DNA of 64,000 nucleotides from Antedon mediterranea (lineage: Eukaryota; Animalia; Echinodermata), in NCBI RefSeq assembly GCF_964355755.1, contig NC_092677.1, positions 8,516,101-8,580,100 of the forward strand. The letters run 5' to 3'. A program made the position numbers and the translations under genes. Positions 26,801 to 41,800 of the stretch are shown piece after piece; positions within the stretch are counted from its first letter, which is position 1, and every line of letters starts with the position of its first letter. The notes beneath the pieces are model-generated. The model was given only the letters and a program-made list of their open reading frames with translations, did not search any database and was not told the DNA's origin.

Positions 26801-29800
26801 TCATGGAAACAATTCATTTTGGAGGTCGAAGATTGAACCAGGGAAGTGTCAATCATTGCTTATCATCAACTCGATTTTATTTTTATTTATGTGTTAACGC
26901 TCTGTCAAAATTTATGTGACGAAAACAGTGTGATGTGCCCATAGAGACATGATTATGACGTCATATCACTACCGTAGTTGGGAATATCAATACCATATTT
27001 GGGCACATCACACTTTTTTTCAAACTAGTTTGATAGTGTAAACAGGGCTTTATGCTTAAACAATCAAAACAGAGTCCAACCTAACATCTGGGGTGCAAAA
27101 ATGTTACCTCTAATCGTCATTATCCATCCTACAAAAACGAAAATAACCTTAATGCATCATATCCATACCCACTTGTATTTAATGGGAAATTGCAGTCATA
27201 TTTTGCATCTCCTTCTCCCCAGTTCGACGCCAGGTGGATATAGGTTTTCCTTGGTTTTTTTTTTGGTGACTGTTCTTGAGATGCTGTCTGTTTTTTTTTT
27301 CTTACCAGACTACCAATCAAGACACGGTTAAAATTAAAGGGTGTCGCCGGGTTATAAAATCTAAACCTTTGCTACTATATTGATTAAAATTAAAAACAGC
27401 GTTGCAACAAAACGAGCGCCATGAATTCAGTCCATTGAAAATAAAAGATGATGCTATAGGAATTTATTGAAATTATTACAAACGTTATCAGGCCCATGTC
27501 ATTTGAGAACATTTTCTTTAGCTAAAAGTATACAAATTGAAGAAACATTTTTTTTTAAAAATGACAAACAGTTACTCAATGAACGATTGTAAGCAATTCA
27601 AAATCTATCTTGAGAACCTATGTTATTTCTATTATTATCTATTATTATGCTATAGGTGGGGAACTCAGCACTTTCTGACTCGTTGTCCGACAAAGAGTAC
27701 TACAAATACTTCTACCGCACAAACCCTCCTTCATCGGCGATGAATCCACCTAGGCTGGCCATACTCAGAGAGTTCGACTGGAATCGAGTAGCAATTATAC
27801 ATGAAAACAACGAATACTTTGCAAACGTAAGAAGACTTCTTTTCAATTTTAGACCAAACTGTTATTTCATAGACTTTGTTAAAGATTGGAAATTTTGTAT
27901 TGTGAATACATGAAGTGGGAGATGTAGCTTCGTGGAACGTGCTTTTTTTTCAAATCCATGGTTCTATTCTGATCTGTGTCATCGTTTCTTTCTAATCTTT
28001 AAATGAGACTTAAGCAAAACAATATATAGTTTATTCACTACGTAATTGGAAATTTATGGAAAAAAGTATTTCTAAAATATTGGCACAGATTCGAACTTTG
28101 GCGATATACTCTAGTAGCTAGATCAACTTTCGTATACACTTTGAGGTCCAGAGAATTTGACTTCAGAAATTGGTTTAGGGTGGTCAAACAATCATTTTTG
28201 GCTTGGTTACACATTTTGAAAATGTGGCGAAAGGTCAAAAGGTCAGGGTCAAAGGTTATAAGATCAAACACCATTATGTCCTTAAATCTCGACAACCACT
28301 GGTCACAGCGAGGTAATTTTGGTCTCAAATTGATCAGAAGGTATACATTCATATTCAGTCTAATGAAACATTTTAGTCGAAAATGACCGGAAATGCCATT
28401 TCTGACCTTTGACCCATAAACCAGGGCATGTCTGTATCTCCGTAACTATTGGCCGTAGAGACTTGAATTTGGGCTCAAATTGTTCGAAATATACATTTAG
28501 TCATTTGTTACACATTTTGAACAATGTTACAAAAGGTCAAAAGGTCAAGGCCAGGGGTTATATGAATAAACACAAATAGGTATTTGTATCTCGGCAACCA
28601 CTGGTCACAGCGAGTAAATTTTGGTCTCAAAATGTTCAGAAGCTATACATTCATATTCAGCCTAATGAAACATTTTAGTAAAAAATGACCGGAAATGACA
28701 TTTCTGACCTTTGACATACATACCAGGGCATCTTCTTATCTCTGTAAGTACAGGTCGTAGAAACTTAAATTTAGTATCAAATTGTTAGAAATACACATAT
28801 TTACATTCATTCTAACAGAAAATTTGGATAAAAGATGATCATAAATACTATTAATTACTAATCTTTTAAATAAAAAACATATCTACCCAACTTATCATTA
28901 GACAGTAATGTTATGCAATAATTGATGCTTAATGATTTCATTATACTGTAGGAATTAAAACAAATCCTTTACTGTTTGTAATAATTTTACTTTTGCTTAT
29001 AATAATGCTAGAAATTATTGTTGACCCCCAAACGTTCAAACATTTTGAGAATGCTAGAAGTAATTTACTGTAGTTACCCGAATAAAAGCCTCGGGCATTT
29101 ATTTATTCAGGGAAGGCGTTTATTTTGTTGGGTGTAATAATGGTAACATGTATAATCAACTAAATACACCCCAGATATATATATAAAAAAAATATATATA
29201 TTATATAATAAGAATAATAACGGGATTAAACCTAATAAAAGGTATCGGAGACCACAATAATAGACCAAGTCATTGTCATTATTACGTAACACTGTTGCAT
29301 AATAGTTTTGAATGTCAACGACAAAACTTATACATACACGTCTGTTCCCAGTGTAGATAATAAAACAATATATATTTCTGGAGATTTATTATCAATACCA
29401 CTAGAAACTTTGACATGTTTTAGGTACTGAATGCATTGACAATAAAAGCATCAGAAGTTTATCATGATAAAATCATACTACAACACTGTACACAAGGGTG
29501 TTTTCAGGAAAGCTGGACATATTGTACAATAGTAATGAAACTATGTATTGGCATTTAAAACTATGCAAAAGATTGTTGTCAAATTGTAGTTACAAACAAA
29601 TAGATGATAGAATGAAGATCCATTATGAGTGCAATCGTGTCAGGATAATGATGTGTCATTGTTTTATATCATTATACTGGCACCTGGAGGTGAAGATCCA
29701 TTTAATGGAATCTATCACTTTTATTTTAAAAGACAGAAACATTTCGTTAAAAAGCATAAAGAGGAAAACGAATCATGTAAAGTACCTTTTATCAGTTGAG

Positions 29801-32800
29801 AAACGAAATACAATTATTAAAATTAGAGTATTCCTTCAAATAAACGCCACCATTCCCTCAAATAGAACACTATGTGGAATAAACGCCCCGCCACATGCAT
29901 TTACACAATAATTGTATCACGTCAACACATTTCATTAACTACCATAATCTACAATTTACCAAGCATTTTGACATATTTTTATCACTTTTTGATATTAATT
30001 GTGCAGTATTTGTTTACATCTAGGTGGTATTTATTTGATTATACATGTTACCATATTATACCCCAAATAAAGATGCCTCCTTTACCCCTAAAAACCATTT
30101 TGAACAATACATGCCAGGGGCGTTTAATCGGATACATATGGCAAGTTACTTCTAGCATTCTGAAAAGAACTGTTGAGCTTAACGTTTCTATCTATTTTCT
30201 ATTGTACAGCGCTTTGGTCACTTGGAAAAGCGCTATATAAATCCAAAATTAAATTAAAATTAAAATTATCAAAATGTCCTATGGGACAGCAATAACTAGT
30301 ACTTGAAATTAAAACAATTTAAAGTATCAGTTATTGCATAACATTACTGTCTAAGGACAAGTTGTGTAGATATGTTTTTTGTTTGAAACATTAGTAAGAG
30401 TATTTCTGTTCATCTTTTAACCACATTTTCTATTACAATGAATGTAAATATGTATATTTCGAACAATTTGATACCAAATTTAAGTTTCTACGACCTGTAC
30501 TTACAGAGATATGAGATGCCCTGGTATGTGGGTCAAAGGTCAGAAATGGCATTTCTTATAATTTTTGACTAAAATGCCCCATTAGATGGAATATAAATGC
30601 ATGCCTTCTGAACATTTTGAGACCAAAATTGACTTGCTGCGACCAGTGGTTGCCGAGATAAAAGTACCTTTTTTTATTTGTTCAAATAACCCTTGACCTT
30701 GATTCTTTGACCTTTTGTAACATTTTTCAAAATGTATAACAAATAACAAAACATATATTTCGAACAATTTAAAACCAAATTCAAGTGTCTACGACCAGTA
30801 GTTACGGAGATACATACATGCCCTGGGTTGTGGGTCAAAGGTCATAAATGGCATTTCCGGTAATTTTTTACTAAAATGTCCCATTAGACTGAATATAAAT
30901 GTATACCTTCTGATTAATTTAAGACCAAAATTACCTCGTTGTGACCAGTGGTTGTTGAGATTTAAGGACATATTTATGTTTGGTCTTATGACCTTTCACC
31001 TTGACCTTTTGACCTTTCGCCACATTTTCAAAATGTGTAACCAAGCCAAATATGATTGTTTGACCACCCTAAACCAATTTCTGAAGTCAAATTTTCTGGA
31101 CCTCAAAGTGCATACGAAAGTTGATCTAGCTACTAGAGTAATAGGCCCTAGTGATGAGAGCATTTGACTATCCCCGGTTATCTATGTCTATGTTTCACTG
31201 AAATAAATAAAAGAAAATAATAATTTGTTTTAAAATTAGAAAACCTAAACTGCTATGTATTATTTAGCCATATAACCGATACATATATAACATATATAAC
31301 ATATAGGCCTATCTTGTTCTGAATGTGAATAAAAAACATTGATACAATGCTTTTTGGTGTATTCTATGAGATTGAAAGTAACAAAATAATCCTCATTAAA
31401 GATCGTGATTATGATGTGATTGGTTTATTGATTATTATTGATTTTTATGAAATAGTAATGTTACTCCTTTAAGGCTCCTCTATTAAAGGACACTTTCTCC
31501 AGTGAAACACACAAATGGGGTATATATATTTGATCATTACGGCCATCAGGGCAACCACTATCCCCTTAATAGTGGTTCTACTATATTTTGTGTTGACCTA
31601 CATTTTTAATAATTTAATATTAATAATAACAATGTCTTCAATATTTTAACAAAAAGCACTTCGACATCACAAAAGAGTACTTACGAAGCAATGGTATTGA
31701 CATTGTGACGTCAGAGAGTTTTGACGCAGGACAGGTGCCGAGAGAGCAGCTTCGAAATATGAAGGTATATCTATATTTGTTGATTATTCTGATGCTATTT
31801 AAATAAGGGATTTGAATTAAAGATGAAAGAGATTTGATTTAAAGATGAAATAAATATATTTTGAATTTATTTATAAAGCCTGTAACCAATTTCAACTGGA
31901 CAAACTAATAGCAATTGATAATTAAGGGCCATCTTATCGTACACTCACCCTCAACACGTATCTAAACTTCTGTCTTTTCCACCATTATCTCGTACTTAAC
32001 CGTACCATAATTAAGGTTTTAGAATGGTAATTGGCAATATTTGAAAAAAAGAATAACGTTTTCGTTTTTCAACGATCCTCCAATTGTATGTACAGATCTA
32101 GTTTAAGTATATGCCTACATGTATTGGCAAAATGTTCTGTAATATAAATTTTCAACCGATTCAATCTGCAGCTGTCAGTAGATAGAGTCTAACTGACTAT
32201 CGCAAGTCATTTAGATATGCGTCTTGCTGTATTAAATACTTTTGAATACACGATATCTCTGTCAGTAGGTTCACAAATAATCGGAAGCCATTTTGTATTT
32301 CGTTTTTATTCAAGGATAAAGATGCTCGCATAATTTTTGCCAGTGCATATATAGAACCAGCATCAATTCTCTTCTGTGAGGTGAGTAAATTGACATTTGA
32401 AAATAAATAAAGGCCTAAGCCTGTAGTTCAAACATATTTACCGGTATAATAGATAATTTATGTATATTAATGATTAGTTTAATTATCAATACGATAGTGT
32501 TACTGAAAATACAGTTACAAATATTGCATTTCTAATTGAAATCTCGGTAGAAGAAACTGAACCTCTAATATACAACCTGCCATTCTCTGTCTAAATAAAC
32601 AGAGCAAAATTAATCAATACTCAAGGTAAATTGTGTTAAAATCTTTTGGGGAATAATTGGCACCTTGGTGTCAATTACATTTCAATCATTATCATTAGAA
32701 GTCGTAAGATGTAACGTTGTGCATTCGGACTGTGAACAGAGTCTATCCAAACGGGAATCAATCTATGTGTCGCATAATTAATAGTTGTTTTCTCTTTTCG

Positions 32801-35800
32801 GATTTTTTGAAATCATTAGGCCTATATTTGTTTGTTTTTCTGCGGAATTGAATAATGTTAATAAAACTGCAAAATGGTAAATGCAAAGTCTGATTTAAAT
32901 AATCTTCGTTTTTTCATATTTTTGTGGGACAATACATCTTTAATCCGAATAATCATGACTTGTAGATTTACAAGCAAAGTATGTATGGAGAACGATATGT
33001 CTGGATTATCGAGAGTTGGTTAGATCCCGGTTGGTGGGAATTGAACCTACATGTTCACAACTGCACGCTGGAAGAGATGAGAGAAGTGGCAAGTCTACAT
33101 GTTGGTGTTGACTTCCTCAGTATCTATCCAATACAGGACATCACAATATCTGGACTGGTAAGTCTCACCAAGTTGTACAACAGCATTCTTTATTTTTATG
33201 TCATTTTTAAAAATAATATTCTCATTTACATTTGTTTGGTTTGGTTTATTTGTATCAACATTTTCGCCAAACCCACGCGACTACGGAGCTGTCGGTTGAA
33301 AAGTCATCCTGCGAACGATCAGCAAGATATGTCCATGTGTACGTAAAAGCTAGATAGTTGCGTGGCCAATTTGAAAACTAAATTCACTATTGCCATTCCC
33401 ACCATATTCTTCATTCAATTCAATATGACACGCAATAATAGAACTTGACTTATACATCTTTTATACAGACCCCAAATGAATACGAAGATATGTATTACAA
33501 CAGAACCAACCAGCAACAACAGCCAGGCGAAGAATACGCACCATACGCATACGATGGATTGTGGACGATAGCAATGGTGTTAAATGAAACCCAAACGCAC
33601 CTCGAACAAACAAACTCAAGTCTCAGCATCCTAGATTTCGATTATAACAATACTCACCATATTCGGGAATTGTTCGAAAATTCGATAAAAAATCTTAATT
33701 TTAAAGGAATCTCCGTAAGTTTGCTGTAATCAATGATGATGATTATAATGATGATGACGATGATGATGATGGCCATACTGAAAACGGTGACGACGTCAAC
33801 TTTAATAAGAACGTCAACTTTAATAACAACAACGAAGAATATAATGGTAGGCCTAATAAGGCTTATTACGAGCAGGATGATTGATTATATTGGGAGACGA
33901 CGTTAACCAACATGACAACATTTTAGATTTATGACGATGGAGACAATGATGATTTTGATAACGATAATGACGATAATTAACATGAAAGTGATCGATGTGG
34001 TGATAATAATTATGCCTAATAATGATAATAATACAAAAAAATGGCATGCCGTGACAAAGTACGCGTCTATTTTACGTGTAATTATTCTGCTCACAGCACT
34101 TGCACTCTGACTTTTCTGATTACGTACGTATGCTTATTTTTGAATTGTGTAAACGTATGTAAAATTTATGTTGCTTTCGATAATTTATTGGATTGCTTTT
34201 ATAATCTGAAGTACTAATTAGAGATAATAATAACTTAATTGGGCCAATTTTTTTTCTTAATATCGTATTTCTATGGTCAAACATCTCCTTCCGTCGTAAA
34301 TACAATTCGAAGTAGCTTAATTGTGTGATGCTGAGTCGATTAAATAGAGTTAATGACTCTACACACAGTTTCACTACTACATGCTTTTATTAGGTTCTAG
34401 TATTTAAAACCGATAGAAAATTATATTAATGTCAATGGTGTATTATTTTTATAGGGAACTATACAATTTAACCGTAACGGAGATCGCTTTGGCAATATTA
34501 AGCTTGAGCAGCTTATAGGTAAGAGGTAATTTGGTGGTTGTTTACATTTCGAGGAGACTGGTTCGAATCCACGCTGGTGCGCTTCTACAAAATTATCCAA
34601 CATAAACGGATACAAAATACGAGGGTTATCCGGTATAATGCACTATGACACATAATTTCTTTGAATGATATTACGTAAAAATGTGAATTCAAGAAATAGA
34701 CTAATATCATATTTCTTTTTAAAGGTCTGTTATAATTTGGACGCAAGCTCCAATCACGAGGAATGTCAAATTGCTTGAATTTCGCGAATACGTCTTTGCG
34801 TTGCGTGCACGTTGAAAATAAATTGAAGTAAAAATAATAATTTCCTTTCTTATTTCCTTAAGATAATGAGATTGTTACTATTGGAATATATTATCAAAAC
34901 GGAGAACTTGTTTGGGAGTCTGAAAAACGAATTACATTTACAGGTATCTACGTCATGTTACGTGTAATTACTTGACTAATCGATAGGTGCACTTTATTTA
35001 AACTAGGCCTATCCAATAGACCTTTCGATCAGAAATTGGAACAACAGTTAAATTATTTTCAAACTAGGTCAAATAATCTTGTTCTAATGAAACCGGGTTT
35101 TTTTTTCTCAGATTTTGTACAGCGACAACAATCAGTCAGAAAAGCCAGAGAAAAGTTTTCTAATTTCTGTATCTGTATTTAATTATAAAACTATATCTAT
35201 TTTGCAGGAGACGTACCGATTGACGGTGCACTCTATGAAACTGTTTACATCGGAATACGACCAGTTATATATCTCATATTCTCGTCACTCTCAGCCGTCG
35301 GAGTCATCGTTGCATGTGCCTTCCTTGTGTTTAATATCAAGAACAGAAAAAGAAAGTAAAGATCAGTATTTATTAGGCTTTTATTTAGCTTTAGATTTTC
35401 TTCGACCTTCCTCATAATGTCAGGTTAATCGATATGTCGTCGGTTGTCGCTTGATCTAAAAACCTGTGTTCGGGTGGGGATCGAGGAAATGATAGATAAA
35501 TAAAGTGAATTTTCCAGCAAATGTCCTATATTTGTATGGCTTAATATCATTGTTGATGATTTTTTGATAAATATACAATTTTGAATTAATAATTTAATGA
35601 ATGAAAAATAATGATACTACCACAATACATTATATATGAGTACTATGGTACTATTGTTTTTGTTTTTATTTCAGGTTAATTCGCTTATCCAGTCCTAATG
35701 TGAACAACGTAATTGCGACAGGCTGTATTGTCTGTTACGGATCCGTCATGCTATTTGGCCTCGACCAAAATATCGTTGAATCGAATATGTACATAACTTT

Positions 35801-38800
35801 ATGTATGGTGGGTATATCAATATTAGTATCATCATGTTATGAACTTGTTTGGCTTCTTTCATATATGTATATTGTTGCTTAATTGGATGTTTCTAACTTT
35901 GTTTTAATAATTTTTCATATTACTTTGACTTTGACGCATTTTAAGACTTAACTAAAGCTAGATGTTCTTTGGTTAAATCCTATTAATTCAAGATTCTTTT
36001 CTCCCGAAGAGGACAATCAACAATATTTAGGCCTACAAACAAAGATTACAAGCAATATACTAGCACATATTCTTGAAAAAATTATATTATGATGATATTA
36101 GTACTTCTTATTTTAAGTAGAAGATATTAAAAAATAATATTGCAAATGTTTTTAAAGAAACTTTCTCTTTTTTGATTTTCATTGACATTGATTATGATAC
36201 TATAATAGCCATATTTATTATTGTTAGTAAGACTATAATTATATTCTTCAATATTGTATAGTTTTTAAAAGATTACAAATATTATTTCAATATGTTGACA
36301 TTGATAATAACGTATTTTAAATGTAGTTGCGAGCATGGACTTTGTCTATTGGTTATTCAATGGCGTTTGGTGGGCTGTTCCTAAAAACGTGGCGGGTGTA
36401 TCTAATATTTCGTAAACTGAAGATAAAAAAGAAGGTAATTAGACTTAATTATATTTTTATTTTAATTGTTTTGTAATGTATGATTCCGCTGTATGTTTTT
36501 TTTTACCATCTATTAGGCCTACATAATTTTACTATTGTTAATTTATTATTTGTTATGATGTTATTATAATTGTTCGTATAATTTGACGTCAAGTACAATA
36601 GTTTAAATAATGAAACACGACTTTATTGTGTTCATTAATGAGTTGACATCATTAATTACATTTGTGTAATTAAGGCATATCATGTATATCATTTTTCTAT
36701 TGTTATCAATTTGTTTTATGTCTCTATGTAGTAGTCAAAGGTAACAATTTAAATAATGAAACACGAATTCATTTTGACTATTGAGTTCTGTAATTTTTTA
36801 TCGTTACAAAATAAAATGCAATTGTAATTTCAAACATTATTGATTGTAGGCATACAGTTAATAGATAATATTGCATTCGCATGGAAGAAATATCGGATTT
36901 TATTAAACGTGCTTTATAATCAAAATTAAGTGTGTTTTTATATTAAATTATTTTACAGCTTCAAAAAGTTTTCAAAATACAGGAGAACCGATATTAAATA
37001 TAGATAACTTTGTGACCCAATTTAGAGTAACCCTTTTTTAAAGGTTTTTTCCCGAACATACCATTGGTTTACAGTTTTTCGCGTTTCCTTGTAAAGTGTC
37101 CCTTGCGGAGAGGTTACTGTATACCAATACCGATACCATTTTTTTAATCGTATTAGATTACAACGTCAGGCCTATTTCGTGAAATAACAAAAAATGGTTA
37201 AAACATTTTTTTTTCCACTTAAGCAATTTTCTATCTTTTTTAATTAAGCAAAAGATTGGTACCTTTCCATGAGTTGACGTTAGCCGCACAGAACGGACCC
37301 GACCCCTTATATTGATTGCCACAAATGTAACATGGTGTTTTACTTGTTATTCTCTATTAGATTGTTCAAGACTGGCATTTATTCGGATTGCTTACGATTC
37401 TTCTTCTAATAGACCTTATTTATCTGTTTGTTTGGTCAATGATCAATCCATTTTTTAAGGAAACCAAGACGTTTCCGCCTGAGGTAAGACAACCTGAAAT
37501 AAATGTCCACCCACTTAATTGATTATAAAATCATCTCCATTAGTGCCATAGGCCTAAACCTGAAAGATTAAACAAAAACATAAAAGAACAATGTGGTCAA
37601 TCAGAGACCTATTGCGAAAGACATTAGGCCGGATAGCCATCTTCATTTTGATTCTTGAGTTCGTATACCTGTTTTTGTATTTACTTTAATTTCAGATTAA
37701 TTCACCACGAATTCAACATCAAACTCCAATTAGGAGGACTATATGAGAAAACATATAAACACATGCTTGTATCGTAGGGTATCGTGTAATTAATTAGGCC
37801 TTTCTGCCACGAGAAAGCGTACCATGACCTAGCTAGGACTTTCCCTATGATTACAAAATGTCCACTTAGGGCCTATTTATGTGCTTTTAAAATTAATCCG
37901 AATATTAATTCTAATGTACTGAGAGTTTCAATCTCATATGACGTTAGTAATTATTAGGGTGTTAATGGACTTGTTTTGATTTTAATTAGGGCCTACACAC
38001 TCACTAGATTTTCAGATTAAAAAGGTGGAGATTTGACAAAAATTGTATTCATCAGTTATTATAGAAATTAGGCTTAGCACTCAAAATAATTAAATAGTTG
38101 AAGTAATACAGTACTTAAATTAGTGTCTGTAACTGTATTCTAATGCTCATTTTTTTGCTGTTGCAATTATCTTAGCTTGAAAATTACGACGCCGAGATTT
38201 TGTATATAGGCCAATTAAGGCAAATTTAACTCTAATTATACTAGTTAGTATATATACAGTAGGTTATTTTTAATGAGCGATAATCACGATTACAATATGC
38301 TACGTTAAAACAGTTATGTAACGGTGCACTAATAGGACATTTCTGCACTGAGATTCTTTTCTTCTTCGTCTAAACGCCGCTCCGCCGACGAGAGTCTTCT
38401 GGCTGGTTCCCTATCGGCCGCTCTGCTTATTTCTGCGGTGAAGTTTCAAAGCGTTCTGTCAGAGGCTATGTTCTTTATATAATAATTATATTCAAAATTA
38501 CAATGCACAGTTGTATAAAAAGTACCGCAACTTGGTTTCACAATCACAATAGTTTCAAAAGCAATAGGCCTACACTAAATAGTTTCAAAATTACTGCCAT
38601 TGGGTTACCGTGATATTCCACCCGTTTCCCAGTGCTGTAACTCCACATACAGTACTATCTATTTCCTAAGGCTAAGAATATTTAATAATACAGCATCCCA
38701 TTTATCTCGCATGTGGTGCCTGTGTATCATGTAAAGTTGGTTAAGGGTTAGGTTACTAAATACATGTGAAACGTGTAATATTGTATTACCAAATATTCCT

Positions 38801-41800
38801 AATGATACTTCGGAAATATAAACAGTACCGAGGATCGGCTCAATATTCTCAGAATTCTCACAAAGCAGTTACAGTTTAAAATCCACCAAATATTACGGCA
38901 CTTGAATAAATACCTATTGTTTCTATCAAATATATATTTAGATTGTTAATCAGGACCTGATTTTACTAAAAAAGAAGGATTCGTGCGACTGCAAACAACT
39001 TGTCCAATGGACCGTTGTATTATACGTTTATAAAGGACTGATCATGCTATATGGTGCAAAACTTGCTTGGGAAACAAGGTACGATAAACGTGTATTATTA
39101 TTAACACAAATTCAATAGTTACAAAATGACTTTTAATAGAACCTTCGACCTTGTGTTTATATGCTGAGTACGGTAGACCATAGTTGATTTTGAAATATGA
39201 AAATGAAGAACAAACGAATGAGTTTAATTAGTAGCCACCCTCTCAGTTATAACACTGTTCTTCAAAAAAGAAAATAATTATAAGGCTAACCATGGACCTA
39301 TAATATCTCCATGCTAAAACAATAAAACTCTTAAATATGGAGTAGACGCCTAAAATGAGATAGAAATAGGTCTTTGATTTTCTTGACACAGATACCATCT
39401 TCCTGAACAGGTGTATTTACATTGAAGAATTAATGTTAGGTGGCGAACTTGAAAACTACGTCATTAATGATTAACTATTAAGAATGATGGTTTTATTTCT
39501 TTCGATGTCATCATTTACAAAATGTTTATTCAATATTATTTTTTTTATGTTATATTATAAGTTAATAACATATCTGAGAAGGAGAGTAAATAACTCGCTT
39601 ATGATTGTTATTCTTGAAAAGCCATTTTTTTTTGAGAAATTAAGCAAAATATAAATTTATAATACACCTAATACAATTACCGAGTTAATATTTACTTTCG
39701 TAGATGATTGTAAAATCAAAATTACAATCATTCACGTAAGTTGAAGTTCTTTAATGTAGAAAAATAATAAAAACCTTCAAATGTAAATGTTTTGCTTTTT
39801 TAAACAGAAAAGTATCGATGCAGGAATTAAATGACTCAAAATATATCGGTCTGTCGATATATAACGTTGCTATCATCGTCTCCATCGCAGTGCCTCTTAC
39901 ATACGTTTTAGAAGACGAACCTGAAGTTGTGTATAGTCTTGTAGCGGTCGCTATTCTGTATACTACGACTTGTACAATGTGTCTTGTGTTTGTTCCAAAA
40001 GTAAGTACCGCACTCGAGTTGCAAACAACAGTACGTACTCAAACGCGCTCAAAAAAGGGACTTTACTCGAGCGAGTTCTATAAGTATCGTACCCGAGAGA
40101 TTTCCAAAAGTGAGTACTCGACGGAGTTCTACAAGTAAGTTCCGAGCGAGTTCTAAAGTAATTACCGTGCTCGACAGAGTTCCAAAACTAAGTAGGCCTG
40201 CGTACTCGAGCGAGTTCCAAAAGAGAGTAGGCCTACCATGCGAGCAAGTTTCAAAAGAAAAGTTCCAAAAGTAAGTACCGTACTCGAGCGAGTTTTAAAC
40301 TATTATTACCGTCCTTTCATTGCAGATAATAGTTCTTCGAGGTACGGAATCAGACACTGAAGTAACTGTAACCACGTTCAATCGTAGTAGAGCTGTTGCC
40401 CCGGAGACATTTACAGTTAGCATAGAAGAAAGGGTAAAACAAAAGGAACATGAGCTACAGAAACTACGTAGAGATATGATGATGGTAAGAAAACAGCCGC
40501 TATCCCTCTCTCCCACCTACTTCCCTCCCCTCCCCTCCCTCTCTCTCTCCACCTACTTCCCTCCCCTCCCCTCTCTCTCTCCACCCCGTCTCTCTATACT
40601 CTCAAGCAATGTGGTTTTCTAATTCAATTCTATTGATATAATAAAGTACACCTTTCTTTTGGTAGGGCCTATTGGCCATCAATGAATAAAATGCCAGTCT
40701 GTATAGGCCTACTGCGCAATAGTACTCAGGCACCTTTGAGATCTAACCCCCTGTTCTCGAATGCATGTCTCCTCAAGGGTCGTTGGTTTCACTTGAAAGT
40801 GTCCTCCTATAGTTTGTTGGCATGTCTTGTTATTCTGGTCGTACTTTCAATCTGTGATGTTTTGTTATTGTCAAATCATAATTGTTATTTACTACAGCAG
40901 AAATTGCAATTACTATTCCTAAAAACGTAAACACAAGCTTTCAGCTACTTGGTTAAATTAAAAGTGTATTTAAAAAGGTGTTGATCTGATCTTGCAGCAA
41001 GACGGTTCCAATAATTGATTGTGTGTTGACGTCATCAGCGTACAGACGAATACGTCCAATTGCTACATCTTTTATATAATGTTTAGTTTTTAGAATAATT
41101 TCTAATAAAACGCACGCACCTCATTCGATTTCAAATGATTTCTATTGTACTTGGCATGATTAAAAAGTGTTGTTCTTTAACCGGTCGCCTATTTTCATAT
41201 CAATCAACCGAATGCCAAATTTAAAAAACGTTAAGATTACGTAAGCTTATCACTTGATGAAAGAATTCCTACTAAAGCTTCACATTAGAAAGCAAATCTG
41301 TAACGTAAGAAAATACTCTTCTATCAATTCTACGTACCCATCTTACGAAAAGTTGAAGCAAAAATAGTGTTCGGTAACCACTTATGACGAACAGTGTAAT
41401 GTTATTATGGCACATTGCGTCGATACGTGACGTCTGCGTCCTTACTTATGTTGAGTCCTAGTGGGAATCATAGAGTATGTTAACGGTGGTAGGAGGAGGG
41501 GGAAAATCAACATTTACTGGCCATCGGAACAGTGTACAGTACTTAAGTCCCATTGTTGCATGTTTATAGCGCACATTTCATATGGCATATATGATAATGT
41601 ATTGTTTTCTTTTATACCAATTGTGGTTTTCTAAATCATAAATGTTACTAGATCATTATGTAATATGGTATTCAGTGTCATTTGATTATTATGGATCGTC
41701 TGAATTTTTAAATAGTGAAAAGTAAAACAAACATAGGCCTAATAATTGTACGAAAAAAAACCGCAAAATCTCCGCTAGGCCTATATTGACATGATAATCA

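Noticed and set aside
28038-31167. Similar ORF pairs (28038-28352 with 30952-31167, 28141-28386 with 30789-30971)
   Set aside because: Mirror images from the foldback arms, with no transposase motifs.
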